Assembly: GCA_041645165.1 (NCBI GenBank)
Contig: JBAZQN010000004.1
Span: 18,789-82,788, forward strand
Direction: 5' to 3'
From: Patescibacteria group bacterium
GTDB taxonomy: Bacteria; Patescibacteriota; Patescibacteriia; 2-02-FULL-49-11
Length of the DNA: 64,000 bases
The translations under genes and the position numbers were made by a program. Positions 9,778 to 19,160 of this stretch are shown piece after piece (position 1 is the stretch's first letter; every line of letters starts with the position of its first letter). The notes under the pieces are model-generated. The model saw only the letters and a list, made by a program, of their open reading frames with translations. It had not been told where the DNA came from and ran no database searches.

Positions 9778-9873
9778 TAAATCAAAATGCAAATCTCAAA
9801 ATCCAAAATGAAAGTGTAAAATTTATAAATTTTGATTTATCATTTTGATTTTTGATTTTTGGATTTTACATTT
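9778..9873. repeat. Inverted heptamer-repeat intergenic element
   Basis: CAAAAT-type units facing TTTTGAT-type units; 33 nt identical to 62930-62962. Confidence 0.8.
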
Positions 9874-9895
9874 ATACGGTAAGGTGCAGTATCCT

Positions 9896-11032
9896 TCATA
9901 GTAATTTTACAAACTCATCAAACAGATAATTCGTATCATTCGGTCCTGGATGCGCTTCGGGATGAAATTGCACCGAGATAAACGGCAGCCTCCGGTGTGC
10001 GATACCTTCAACGGTCTTGTCGTTGGCATTGCGGAACGATACGCGCCACTGCTTCGGCAGAGAAGATTCGCGCACCGCATATCCATGGTTCTGCGAGGTG
10101 AGCACGCAACGATGGGTGCCTTCAATGCGGCACGGCTGATTCTGCCCTCGATGGCCATAGGGCAACTTATATGTGTGAGCTCCCGCGGCAAGCCCCATCA
10201 ATTGGCTCCCAAGACAGATGCCAAAGAGGGGACGCTTTTGCCGAAACGCTTTTTGCAGAAGAGCGATAGTAGCGCGGCACTGCATGGGATCTCCCGGCCC
10301 ATTTGAAACCACAATGCCGTGAGCGCGAAGCCGGGTAAAATCATAGTCATAGGGCACGCGGGTGACCCGCACTCCGCGCGCTACAAGCGAACGCACGATA
10401 CTTTCTTTCGCGCCGCAATCAACTAAAATGACGTGCTTTGCGCCTCGCCCGACATGCGATACGCGCGGTACCGTGACCTGTGCCACAAGATTTTCTTCGT
10501 TGGGATCTTTGTTTTCCACATACGCATGACTGTGCACAATCGTCCCGCGCATCACCCCGTGCGCTCTGATCTTTTTAGTAAGCGCGCGGGTATCTACGCC
10601 CGCAAGGCAGGGCACTCCTTCCCTTATCAGCCACCGCGAAAAAGAATGCACGCCCTCCCAATGGCTCCAATGCTCAACGCACTCGCTTACAATCACCCCA
10701 CGGACCTGCATCTTTTTTGACTCCCAGCTCTTAGCGGATGGGACGCCGTAATTGCCAATAAGCGGATACGTAAACACGAGTATCTGCCCCCTAAATGAGG
10801 GGTCAGTGAGCGACTCGACATAGCCGACCATGCCGGTGGTAAATACTACCTCCCCCCCCGCAGATACAGGCGCCCCGCAGGACACCCCAGACCATCGTGT
10901 GCCGTCCACAAGGGCAAGTTCGCCCGCTAAAGGTGCCTTCCTAAAAGGCCAAAAAAATCCCCCTTGTGGGGGAATGGGAAAAACGGCAGTAGTTTGGGTG
11001 TTGGGCGCACGTCTGGTAGAGCGAAGAGGCAT
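9896..11032 (-). CDS. carA: Carbamoyl-phosphate synthase small subunit
   Basis: GEVVFTTGMVGY, SNGPGDP, GICLG, QNHGY, QFHPEA. Confidence 0.97.
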   Translation of the reverse strand: MPLRSTRRAPNTQTTAVFPIPPQGGFFWPFRKAPLAGELALVDGTRWSGVSCGAPVSAGGEVVFTTGMVGYVESLTDPSFRGQILVFTYPLIGNYGVPSAKSWESKKMQVRGVIVSECVEHWSHWEGVHSFSRWLIREGVPCLAGVDTRALTKKIRAHGVMRGTIVHSHAYVENKDPNEENLVAQVTVPRVSHVGRGAKHVILVDCGAKESIVRSLVARGVRVTRVPYDYDFTRLRAHGIVVSNGPGDPMQCRATIALLQKAFRQKRPLFGICLGSQLMGLAAGAHTYKLPYGHRGQNQPCRIEGTHRCVLTSQNHGYAVRESSLPKQWRVSFRNANDKTVEGIAHRRLPFISVQFHPEAHPGPNDTNYLFDEFVKLL

Positions 11033-11336
11033 GGATGGAAAGGTTGAATTAAACCTTTATCTAAGACGCCCTGTAAAAATAACTTCACGCTTTGATTAAC
11101 TGCCTTGCCTGAAATAATAGCATTATATACAAGAACGACCCTATAAGTTATTTTTTCTGGCACCCTAAAAGACAGTATAACGGCAAAAAGGCTATCAAAC
11201 AAGTGGTTTAAGTCGAGTGTGCCCCCCCTGCCATCTTTAGGGGGCTCTAAGGCAAGATATTTTTCCACAGGCAGATGAATCCAAAGTGTTCATTTTTTCG
11301 CTTAAGTACGAATAAATTCAGCATTTTCCTCCCTTC

Positions 11337-11365
11337 TTGACTTTAGCTCTTTTCTCTGCTATACT
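11337..11365 (+). promoter_or_regulatory. Sigma70-type promoter with extended -10
   Basis: TTGACT-17 bp-TATACT with TG just upstream of the -10. Confidence 0.75.
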
Positions 11366-11371
11366 GCTGAT

Positions 11372-11760
11372 GTAAAAATAAAGTCACCCAAGTTAAGAAG
11401 CGGAGAGCGGAGGTCTCATCTTAGCTTTAAAAACCAAACTTAAGGTATTACCTCCGTTTTCTACTTCTCGAGGATAATATTCGCCGATATTATCCGCAGT
11501 TATAAAAATAACTGAAAAAATAAAAATAAAAAGTTTTATTTCGTACGCAATTACCCTTAAAAAAGGTATTGAATGTACGAGGAGGGAGGTAGAGAATATA
11601 GGGCTATTTAAAAATTCGGCAATAGCCTAAAGGGGCTTACATCATCATCTCCGCTTTTACCCACCAGGGTGAGAACGGGGTGGGTATTAGTCCCTTGAGG
11701 CCCACGCTGGACCCTATATTCTTTTTTATTCGGCCCCTAGCGGGGCCTCATTTTTTTTAT
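11372..11760 (+). ncRNA. Candidate multi-stem noncoding RNA of about 390 nt, family unidentified
   Basis: Lies between a consensus promoter and a terminator; consecutive hairpins with G-U pairs on the + strand; no convincing ORF. Confidence 0.55.
11733..11760 (+). terminator. Intrinsic terminator
   Basis: GGCCCC-TAGC-GGGGCC followed by TCA and a T run. Confidence 0.7.
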
Positions 11761-11913
11761 TGCGCACTTATCCTATACATGGTAGTATCAATACACCTTA
11801 GGCGCCATAAAAAAAATAACAAATCCAGCCATTGGCATGATAGTTCTGGAAAACAAGGCTAAACCTTATGCTTAAGTGAAATGTTATTTTTTTAAGCGCC
11901 CTTACCTCATGAT

Positions 11914-12303
11914 ATGACTTTTCCGCTTTCACTTATCAAAGAGCAAAAAAAGAAACTCGAGCAAGAGCGCGACCAGCTGAAAAAACAGCTTGACGCCATC
12001 TCGAAACGCGGCAAGGGGAAAAAGCCCCGCGGGCTTGATGCGAAATTCCCCTCGTACGGAGACAAGGAGGATGAGAACGCCGCAGAGGTTGCCCAATATT
12101 CTGATGATCTTTCGCTCGAAGAGACGCTTGACCATGCGCTCGCCGACGTAGAGGGCGCACTGAAACGCATAGAGAACAGCACGTATGGCGTATGCCGGCA
12201 CTGCGGCGAAGCGATCGACCAACGGCGCCTTAACGCGCGCCCCTCTTCTTCCTCATGCGTAAAATGCAAACAGAGGCTGAAATCCGGCGGAGGAAAAAAA
12301 TAA
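11914..12303 (+). CDS. DksA/TraR family C4 zinc-finger protein
   Basis: Coiled coil with DEDENAAE tip, ALKRIENSTYGVCRHC..RRLNARP..CVKC. Confidence 0.9.
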   Translation: MTFPLSLIKEQKKKLEQERDQLKKQLDAISKRGKGKKPRGLDAKFPSYGDKEDENAAEVAQYSDDLSLEETLDHALADVEGALKRIENSTYGVCRHCGEAIDQRRLNARPSSSSCVKCKQRLKSGGGKK

Positions 12304-12327
12304 TATTCCATTGCGCGTAATCAGTGT

Positions 12328-12768
12328 ATGGATGTGAGGAAGTATTGCGGAGATAACAACAATGACATAATCGTATCCGCGCTTTTCGTACTCGACCGTG
12401 TATTGAAATGGCGCGCGCTCACCCATCCTCCTTCCCCCCCGGATGGTTTTTTTGTATATCACCAAAATCCCGGCATCGCGTTCTCACTGCCTCTAGCACC
12501 TATCCCGCTGATCACACTGCTTATCCTTGGCGTCGCGACAGTCGCGTGGCTGTATATCCAGCAACGTAAAAAATCAGTGCGGCACGCGCTCCCCTACCTC
12601 CTCATACTCGCAGGCGCCGTTTCCAATATCATCGACCGTCCGCTCTCAGGCGGAGTGATTGACTATTTTTTTCTTCCCCCTTTGGGATTGTATTTTAACA
12701 TTGCGGATGTCATGATAGTGGGAGGAATACTATTGCTTATCTTCAATAAAGATGAGAAGATAACATAA
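12328..12768 (+). CDS. lspA: Lipoprotein signal peptidase II (start uncertain)
   Basis: NPGIAFS, GAVSNIIDR, GVIDYF, FNIADVMI. Confidence 0.88.
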   Translation: MDVRKYCGDNNNDIIVSALFVLDRVLKWRALTHPPSPPDGFFVYHQNPGIAFSLPLAPIPLITLLILGVATVAWLYIQQRKKSVRHALPYLLILAGAVSNIIDRPLSGGVIDYFFLPPLGLYFNIADVMIVGGILLLIFNKDEKIT

Positions 12769-12804
12769 TCCTTGAATGGATAAAATATAATATAAAATCA
12801 GGTC

Positions 12805-12918
12805 ATGAATTTTCAATTCTCAATTTACAATTTTCAATCAATGACCTCATGTCTCTATTCTCATACATTGAACCATTGATTCATTGAAAATTATTTGAAA
12901 ATTGATACCTGAAAATTT
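12805..12918. repeat. Inverted heptamer-repeat intergenic element
   Basis: TTTTCAA-type then TTGAAAA-type units; similar to 29226-29360. Confidence 0.7.
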
Positions 12919-12930
12919 AGGTACTAACTT

Positions 12931-14454
12931 ATGGCTACCAAAGTCTTTTCTGCGGCAATCGTAGGTTTGGAGAGCGAGCTCGTCGAAGTGGAGGCTGATG
13001 TCGGCAATGCGCCGTCCGCATTTATCATCGTGGGGCTCCCTGATAAAGCCGTGGAGGAATCAAAGGAGCGTATCAGATCAGCAATGAAAAATTCCGGATT
13101 GGAATTTCCGCGCCCCAAGGTCACGGTGAACCTCGCGCCCGCAGATTTGAAAAAAGAAGGCCCGAGCTACGATCTGCCCATCGCGGTGTCCGTGCTTGCC
13201 ACGCAAGAAGCGTTCATGTGGGCTCCTGAAGACCAGCGTGCGCTGTTTGTGGGGGAATTGTCCCTTGATGGCCACTTGAGACCTATCCCGGGCGCGCTTT
13301 CCATCAGTCTCCTTGCGAAACGTAAGGGGTTCCCGCGGATTTTCCTCCCTGTGGAAAACGCGGCAGAGGCTAACCTTGTGCCCGACTTGGAAATCATGCC
13401 GGTTACTACGCTGTCAGCGCTCGTACTCCACCTTACAGGTGAACGCCAAATAGCGCCGCTTAATTACACCCCTCCCGCCCCTCCGGAGGGTTCAACAAGC
13501 CGGTATGATATGTGCTATATCCAAGGCCAGGAGCACGTGAAGCGCGCGCTCGAGATCGCTGCCGCGGGCGGGCACAATGTGCTGATGTCCGGACCGCCCG
13601 GCGCGGGGAAAACCCTGCTGGCGAGAACCCTCCCTTCCATACTCCCCACCCTCACGCTAGAGGAAGCGCTCGAGGTTACCCGCCTTTATTCTGTGTCAGG
13701 CGTGATGCCAAAGGAATCCCCGCTCCTCTGGGAACGGCCGTTCCGCGCCCCTCACCATACGGCGTCAGGAGTCGCGGTGGTGGGCGGAGGCACCATTCCC
13801 CGCCCGGGGGAAATCAGCCTCGCGCATCGCGGTATTTTATTCCTTGATGAATTTCCGGAATTCGGACGGGCGGTGCTTGAAAATCTGCGCCAGCCGCTGG
13901 AAGACGGCGTGGTGGCGGTCTCCCGCGCGGCAGGCACCATGCAATTCCCCGCGAAATTCATGCTCATCGCGGCCATGAACCCATGCCCCTGCGGTTATGC
14001 CACTGACCCGACGCGCCATTGCCTCTGTAGTGTGGGACAAGTGATGAAATACCAAAAACGGCTTTCAGGGCCGCTCCTCGATAGGATCGACATCCACACA
14101 GAAGTCCCAAGGCTCAAATTCGAGAAACTTGCCGACACTGCGGTTGCTGAATCCTCATCTGCGATCAGGAAACGCGTAGAGCAGGCGCGGCAGAAGCAAT
14201 ATGCACGCTTCAAAGGGTCCCCCATCCTTACCAATGCCGAAATGTCGTCGCGTGAAGTGCGCGAGTATTGTCCGGTGAGCGTTGGAATACAAACCATCCT
14301 TAAAAACGCGGTCACCACCATGCATCTCTCCGCGCGAGGCTATTACCGCGTGCTCAAAATCGCGCGCACCATCGCGGATCTCGGCGGCGAAGAGCCGATT
14401 ACCACTTCACACGTCACCGAAGCGCTCCAATATCGGCCGAAGGTGGGAGAATGA
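12931..14454 (+). CDS. comM: ComM/YifB Mg-chelatase-like AAA+ ATPase
   Basis: VNLAPADLKKEGPSYDLPIA, GPPGAGKT, FRAPHHTAS, AAMNPCPCG. Confidence 0.93.
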   Translation: MATKVFSAAIVGLESELVEVEADVGNAPSAFIIVGLPDKAVEESKERIRSAMKNSGLEFPRPKVTVNLAPADLKKEGPSYDLPIAVSVLATQEAFMWAPEDQRALFVGELSLDGHLRPIPGALSISLLAKRKGFPRIFLPVENAAEANLVPDLEIMPVTTLSALVLHLTGERQIAPLNYTPPAPPEGSTSRYDMCYIQGQEHVKRALEIAAAGGHNVLMSGPPGAGKTLLARTLPSILPTLTLEEALEVTRLYSVSGVMPKESPLLWERPFRAPHHTASGVAVVGGGTIPRPGEISLAHRGILFLDEFPEFGRAVLENLRQPLEDGVVAVSRAAGTMQFPAKFMLIAAMNPCPCGYATDPTRHCLCSVGQVMKYQKRLSGPLLDRIDIHTEVPRLKFEKLADTAVAESSSAIRKRVEQARQKQYARFKGSPILTNAEMSSREVREYCPVSVGIQTILKNAVTTMHLSARGYYRVLKIARTIADLGGEEPITTSHVTEALQYRPKVGE

Positions 14455-14539
14455 GACAGTCTTCAGTTTATTAGTTTTTCAGTTCATCAGTCGTCAGATT
14501 GGAGGGCGGTATTGATATAGTGTATTCAATAAACGCAAG

Positions 14540-14573
14540 AAGTCCCCAGGATGCACGAAGTATCTGGGGACTT
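14540..14573. terminator. Hairpin between convergent comM and radical SAM genes
   Basis: AAGTCCCCAG...CTGGGGACTT. Confidence 0.6.
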
Positions 14574-14579
14574 TCGGTT

Positions 14580-15950
14580 TTAACGATCGAATGGCATCTT
14601 GCGATTAATCCATTCGATCAATTTCTGTCGCCACCGAGGTCGTTTCCCGCCTTGAGGAAGGAGAGGGAAGGTGGTGTTTTTCCCAAATGGCGTGAGAAGG
14701 ATGATGATGGTAAGGTAGGCAAGGTTGCTTGCCCACCTATGCCATCTGCGTGGGTGGGTGAGGGGAGAGCCCAGCGCGGCGAAGTCGAGGTTATAGAAGA
14801 AACTTGGATGACGAACTGTCTTCTCTACTGGCGCGGCGAAATTTACACTCATCCAGTTGTCGTTCTTCGGGATGAACATCTTCGCTAGATATGGTCTTGC
14901 CACTGCTCCGCAGAAGAAACTTTTACGAACACTGTACCAAACAGTCTTCGCAAGCGTTCGTAAGTTATCTTCAGGAAAGCCAAACACCATCAACAGCTCC
15001 GCCGTAATCCCGACTTCACGGCAAATTTCCAGAACACGGTCACCGAGGGATAACCGGTTGTGGGTTTTATTCTCATCACGCCAGACTTTCTCATCCGTAC
15101 CGTCGAAACCGAACCCAACCGCAAAGAGGTTGGCTTTCATTACCAATTCGTGAAAGTTCGGCAAGGTTTTATAGGCAGTGATAAATGAGGAAATGCAGGA
15201 GAGTCCACGGATGCGAATCTGCACCCCGGTCTTCTCACTCACATCTCCCACAATGGTGAGAAAGTCAGCGAACAACCGCGGGCTTTGAAACAAGTCCAAA
15301 CTGGAGATATAGAATTGTAATTTGGACAGTCCAAATTCTCTTGCCTTACCTGCGAGGTATTGCAGGTCGGTCCGAATCTTCTCGAGAGAACGGAACCGTT
15401 CCTGTCGTGATTTTGCCGCACCGCAGAATCGGCACGCAAAACGGCAGCCCTGCGCTACAAAGAGACCTGCTTCTTGCTCGAGATAAAGTTTCAACGCCTC
15501 GTCCGAGATAGTTTTGTACATCTTAACGCAGTCGATCTCAAACACATCTGGAAGTTGGTTAACGCCGAGTGCTTTTTTCAAGGTGCTATCATTGTTAATT
15601 TGGATAGGTTTATCGCCGAAGAGCGTTTTGAACTGATTAGGAAGCAATCCTTCAGTCACTTGTCCGCCAATAAGAATCGTGGCGCGAGGATTAACTTGAT
15701 ACACTTGGTTCGAGAACTGAATAGCGTCCGGCATATTAGAACTACCAACAAGAGAGGTACCAATAAAATCAGCTGCACGGACTTTATCTTGTACCCATTG
15801 CTCGTCAAGGGAGTTAAGATTGAGATCAATCAACTCGACCTCAAAGCCTGCCTCAATAAGTTGTGCACCCACAACGATCAGGGTGCTGGGCAGGTATATT
15901 TGCCGTTTCCCAAACGGGTACGGCAGATTAAACAGTGATATCTTTTTCAT
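14580..15950 (-). CDS. Cobalamin-binding radical SAM protein
   Basis: N-terminal B12-binding-like domain (ELIDLNL..ILIGGQ), QGCRFACRFC motif, LLMVFGFP. Confidence 0.8.
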   Translation of the reverse strand: MKKISLFNLPYPFGKRQIYLPSTLIVVGAQLIEAGFEVELIDLNLNSLDEQWVQDKVRAADFIGTSLVGSSNMPDAIQFSNQVYQVNPRATILIGGQVTEGLLPNQFKTLFGDKPIQINNDSTLKKALGVNQLPDVFEIDCVKMYKTISDEALKLYLEQEAGLFVAQGCRFACRFCGAAKSRQERFRSLEKIRTDLQYLAGKAREFGLSKLQFYISSLDLFQSPRLFADFLTIVGDVSEKTGVQIRIRGLSCISSFITAYKTLPNFHELVMKANLFAVGFGFDGTDEKVWRDENKTHNRLSLGDRVLEICREVGITAELLMVFGFPEDNLRTLAKTVWYSVRKSFFCGAVARPYLAKMFIPKNDNWMSVNFAAPVEKTVRHPSFFYNLDFAALGSPLTHPRRWHRWASNLAYLTIIILLTPFGKNTTFPLLPQGGKRPRWRQKLIEWINRKMPFDR

Positions 15951-16004
15951 GATTTAGCTCCTTTTTAAATTGTCAAAGAATTTTCGATTTTAGTTTTAGG
16001 ACTC

Positions 16005-16559
16005 TTACCAAGAGAATTCGAGCCCCAGCAGGTTTCCTGCCCACTGGGTTGGTTTCCAAAGCCTCACTTTACAGCAGAAGCGCCCCCATCTGGCTTTGAC
16101 AAAGGGTCCAACTTTAAGCTGACGGCTCTCATTGAAGATCCAAATAAACTGTTCCCCAATTCCAATATCGAGTGATTTCTTTTTAAGAAGATGGAGGTCT
16201 GTGAGGTGGTAAAGCCATCTCCCCTTCCTAGTCACTGAAACTTGATTAAGGCCAGTGACATATTTGTTATCGACATAGCACTCAAAAGAAAATCCTGCAT
16301 AATGGCCAAACAGTATCCCAATGGCTGGGATAATCTTGAGTGGAGTGATTTGGAATGGTGTCGATTTGCCGATGAATGTTTCTAAGGTTTTTTCAAAGTG
16401 GTTATATCTTGCATCTATCCAAATTCCGCCCACTTTGATACTCCCCCATAGAAATGGCTCTATCCCTTTTTCGGTAGAAGCCATGAACAGCGTAAAATCT
16501 TGCGCGGACGCGGTGTCCACGCATGCGAGGGCTAAAAGCACAAATAATATCTTTTTCAT
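16005..16559 (-). CDS. Secreted hypothetical protein, beta-barrel-like
   Basis: Signal peptide MKKILFVLLALACVDTASA, amphipathic strand pattern, ends GLEFSW. Confidence 0.65.
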   Translation of the reverse strand: MKKILFVLLALACVDTASAQDFTLFMASTEKGIEPFLWGSIKVGGIWIDARYNHFEKTLETFIGKSTPFQITPLKIIPAIGILFGHYAGFSFECYVDNKYVTGLNQVSVTRKGRWLYHLTDLHLLKKKSLDIGIGEQFIWIFNESRQLKVGPFVKARWGRFCCKVRLWKPTQWAGNLLGLEFSW

Positions 16560-16785
16560 TGTATTTCTCCTTTAAATTGTCAATGATTCTATATTTCTAT
16601 ATTTCGGATTTTAACGAGGTAGTATATGCCTGTGATAGCAAATGTATAGGCTATCTAAGACACTTACATTAGATATTGCAATTTTTTGGCTAATATAATA
16701 TAATAAAAGTGTCGGGGAAGTTTCCACAACATTGTCATGTAGAAGCCACTTTACGCCTTGAATAACGCAAGTTCACGCCATTGGT

Positions 16786-16876
16786 CATAACTCCCCTAGC
16801 CCCTCTTATCCTAAAGAGGGGGGAAATTGTGCGACACCCTCACCTTAATCCTCTCCCTTTCTAGGAAGAGGGGGTA
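16786..16876. repeat. Two family-B palindromes (CCCCTCTT..AAGAGGGG type)
   Basis: Similar to 40172-40254 and 54037-54162. Confidence 0.75.
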
Positions 16877-16886
16877 CGAAAGGAAT

Positions 16887-17648
16887 ATGAAAGAAGATTT
16901 ATTAAAAATACTCGCAGATATTGGATTTTCGGAGAAAGAGGCGAAAGTGTATCTCGCCCTGCTTGCGCTTGAAGCGGCGACGGCGAATGAGATCGCAAAA
17001 AAAGCAGACATCAATCGGACATCAGCATATGATGTGTTGGAAATTTTAATTAAAAGAGGAGTGGTGAGCAAATACAAGAAGAAGAGCCGAACGTTTTTTA
17101 ACGTGAGCGATCCGAGGAAACTCATTGCATATCTCGAGCATGAAAAAGCTGATCACGAGAAGACGATTGAGAAACAGAAGACAGCGGTGTCCGTAATCCT
17201 GCCCGAGCTTATTTCTTTGCAAATGCCCTTAAGCACGAGGCCGAAGGTGCAGTTCTATGAAGGCGAAAAAGGAATGCGGGAGGCGTATGAAGATACGCTT
17301 AACGCGAAGGAAGGAATCTTGGCATATGCAAACGTTGAGACTGTTCATGCGGGTATTCCGAATTTTTTTCCGGAGTATTATCAGAGGAGGACAAAACTAG
17401 GAGTACCTATTAAAGCAATTTTTACAGAAAACGAACTTTCGCGTGAACGCGCTTCTCATAATCGGGAAGAGCTACGCCAAACAAAATTTTTACCTGATGC
17501 AAGCATGAAATTCTCGCCCGAGGTGAACATCTATAATAATAAAGTACTTATCGCGTCATGGCAGGAAAAAATGGCTGTGATTATTGAGTCCAAGGAATAC
17601 GCAGATCTCATGCGGCTGACGTATCAGTTGTTATGGGATCGGCTTTGA
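16887..17648 (+). CDS. TrmB-family transcriptional regulator
   Basis: IGFSEKEAKVYLALL..INRTSAYDVL wHTH, PKVQFYEGEKGM, EVNIYNNKV; start at MKEDLL. Confidence 0.88.
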   Translation: MKEDLLKILADIGFSEKEAKVYLALLALEAATANEIAKKADINRTSAYDVLEILIKRGVVSKYKKKSRTFFNVSDPRKLIAYLEHEKADHEKTIEKQKTAVSVILPELISLQMPLSTRPKVQFYEGEKGMREAYEDTLNAKEGILAYANVETVHAGIPNFFPEYYQRRTKLGVPIKAIFTENELSRERASHNREELRQTKFLPDASMKFSPEVNIYNNKVLIASWQEKMAVIIESKEYADLMRLTYQLLWDRL

Positions 17649-17673
17649 CTTTCTAGTGCCGTTACAATATAGT
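17645..17673 (+). promoter_or_regulatory. Putative promoter of the pyr operon
   Basis: TTGACT-17 bp-TATAGT overlapping the TrmB stop codon. Confidence 0.5.
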
Positions 17674-17792
17674 TTTCGGTGATGCGTTTCCATAATTCAT
17701 CCTATTTTATTATATATTTTATGAATGGTATATCTGAAATTCAAATTGTAACGGTACTAGATTCCGGATCAAGTCCGGAATGACACATACCT

Positions 17793-19058
17793 ATGTCCCA
17801 ACTCATTCGTTTCCCCGGCATGGTGGATATGCATGTGCATATGCGCGAGCCAGGGATGGCTCAAAAAGAAGACTGGCTCACGGGAACTTCTGCGGCAGTC
17901 GCAGGCGGAGTGGTTGCGGTCGTTGATATGCCGAATACCATTCCGCCCACGTTCACGAGTGAGGCATTAGATGAAAAGGAAAAAATCGCGCGCGAGAAAG
18001 CCCTTTGTGATTACGGATTCTATTTCGGTTCTGACGGCAGCAACCTTGGTGAATTTGAAAAAGTATATGACCGCGTATTAGGGTTAAAACTTTATTTGGA
18101 TGAAACCACAGGTGCGCCACCTCGTCATTCCCATGGAAATGGGAATCCAGATAGTAAAAATAAATCGATTCCTGTTTTTTCTGGATCCCCGATCAAGGCC
18201 TGCCCCGCACTTGATGCGGGGTCGGTGATGACATTGAAGCAGGGGGCGAACACGTTATTACTTGAGGATGAAAAAATAATTAAAAGCATATTTCGCGCCT
18301 GGCCGCGCGGCAAGCCGATTCTTGTGCACGCGGAAGGCGAGAAGCTTGCACGCGCGATTATCCTAGCTCAAAAGAATTACCAAAAACTCCACTGCTGCCA
18401 TATTGCCACGAAAAAGGATATAGAAGTAATCGCAAAGGCCAAGATGAAGGGAATATCACTCACCTGCGAAGTCTCACCGCATCATTTATTCCTCACCAAT
18501 AAGGACAGAACGCGGCTAGGATCACTCGCAATGATGAAACCGGAGCTGGGTACGGAGGCGGATCAACAAGCATTGTGGAATCATATTCAAAAAGGCACTG
18601 TTGATTGCATTGCTACGGACCATGCACCGCATACACTTGAGGAAAAATTGACCTCAGATCAACACAGTGACCCCTCCTCTGTCCCCCCCTTACTAAGGGG
18701 GGGATGGGGGGGTCCTTGGGGCGTGCCCGGGTTAGAGACTGCAATGCCTCTGCTTTTAACTGCGGTTGAAGACGGAAAATTAACCCATGAAGAACTCACG
18801 CGACTTACCAATATAAATCCGTGCCGTATATTGGGAATACGTCCTGCAGGACAGACGTATGTGGAAGTAGAAACCGGCATACAATACCAACTGGATGAAA
18901 GAACGCTAAAAACCAAATGCGGCTGGTCGCCGTTTGCTGACATGACGTTGAAAGCGCGCGTGGCGCGTACGATCATTCGTGGCGTTGAGGTATATAAAGA
19001 TGGTAAGATAGTGGCAGCGAAAGGCGTGGGAAGGCCGATCTTGTCATCTCCGACTTGA
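17793..19058 (+). CDS. pyrC: Dihydroorotase with two in-frame palindromic insertions
   Basis: PGMVDMHVHMREPG, DMPNT, CEVSPHHL, ATDHAPH, GVPGLET. Confidence 0.95.
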   Translation: MSQLIRFPGMVDMHVHMREPGMAQKEDWLTGTSAAVAGGVVAVVDMPNTIPPTFTSEALDEKEKIAREKALCDYGFYFGSDGSNLGEFEKVYDRVLGLKLYLDETTGAPPRHSHGNGNPDSKNKSIPVFSGSPIKACPALDAGSVMTLKQGANTLLLEDEKIIKSIFRAWPRGKPILVHAEGEKLARAIILAQKNYQKLHCCHIATKKDIEVIAKAKMKGISLTCEVSPHHLFLTNKDRTRLGSLAMMKPELGTEADQQALWNHIQKGTVDCIATDHAPHTLEEKLTSDQHSDPSSVPPLLRGGWGGPWGVPGLETAMPLLLTAVEDGKLTHEELTRLTNINPCRILGIRPAGQTYVEVETGIQYQLDERTLKTKCGWSPFADMTLKARVARTIIRGVEVYKDGKIVAAKGVGRPILSSPT

Positions 19059-19160
19059 TCGGAGATCTAGTCAAAACATTAAAAAAAACAATTCATTTCT
19101 ATTGATTTCTGGATTCCCGCTGGAGCCTGTCCCGTACCGCGATACGGGGCGGGAATGACA
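19043..19160. repeat. Family-A bipartite palindromic element (GTCAT..ATC / GAT..ATGACA) with nested hairpin
   Basis: GTCATCTCCGACTTGATCGGAGATC ... CTGGATTCCCGC..GCGGGAATGACA. Confidence 0.8.

Noticed and set aside
11372-11760. RNase P RNA or tmRNA identity for the long structured region
   Set aside because: Lacks the GAGGAAAGUCC P4 signature and tRNA-like GGGG..CCACCA ends
16620-16760. TGTAGAA..TAC motif shared upstream of the second and third TrmB genes
   Set aside because: Spacing differs and the arms are too short to call an operator in AT-rich DNA
14525-16771. AATA(A)ACGCAAG match as possible island boundary repeats
   Set aside because: Short, gapped and AT-rich; not a duplicated gene end, so likely chance
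17649-17792. PyrR-binding attenuator before pyrC
   Set aside because: No AGTCCAGAGAG-like binding loop; the only strong hairpin is a family-A repeat
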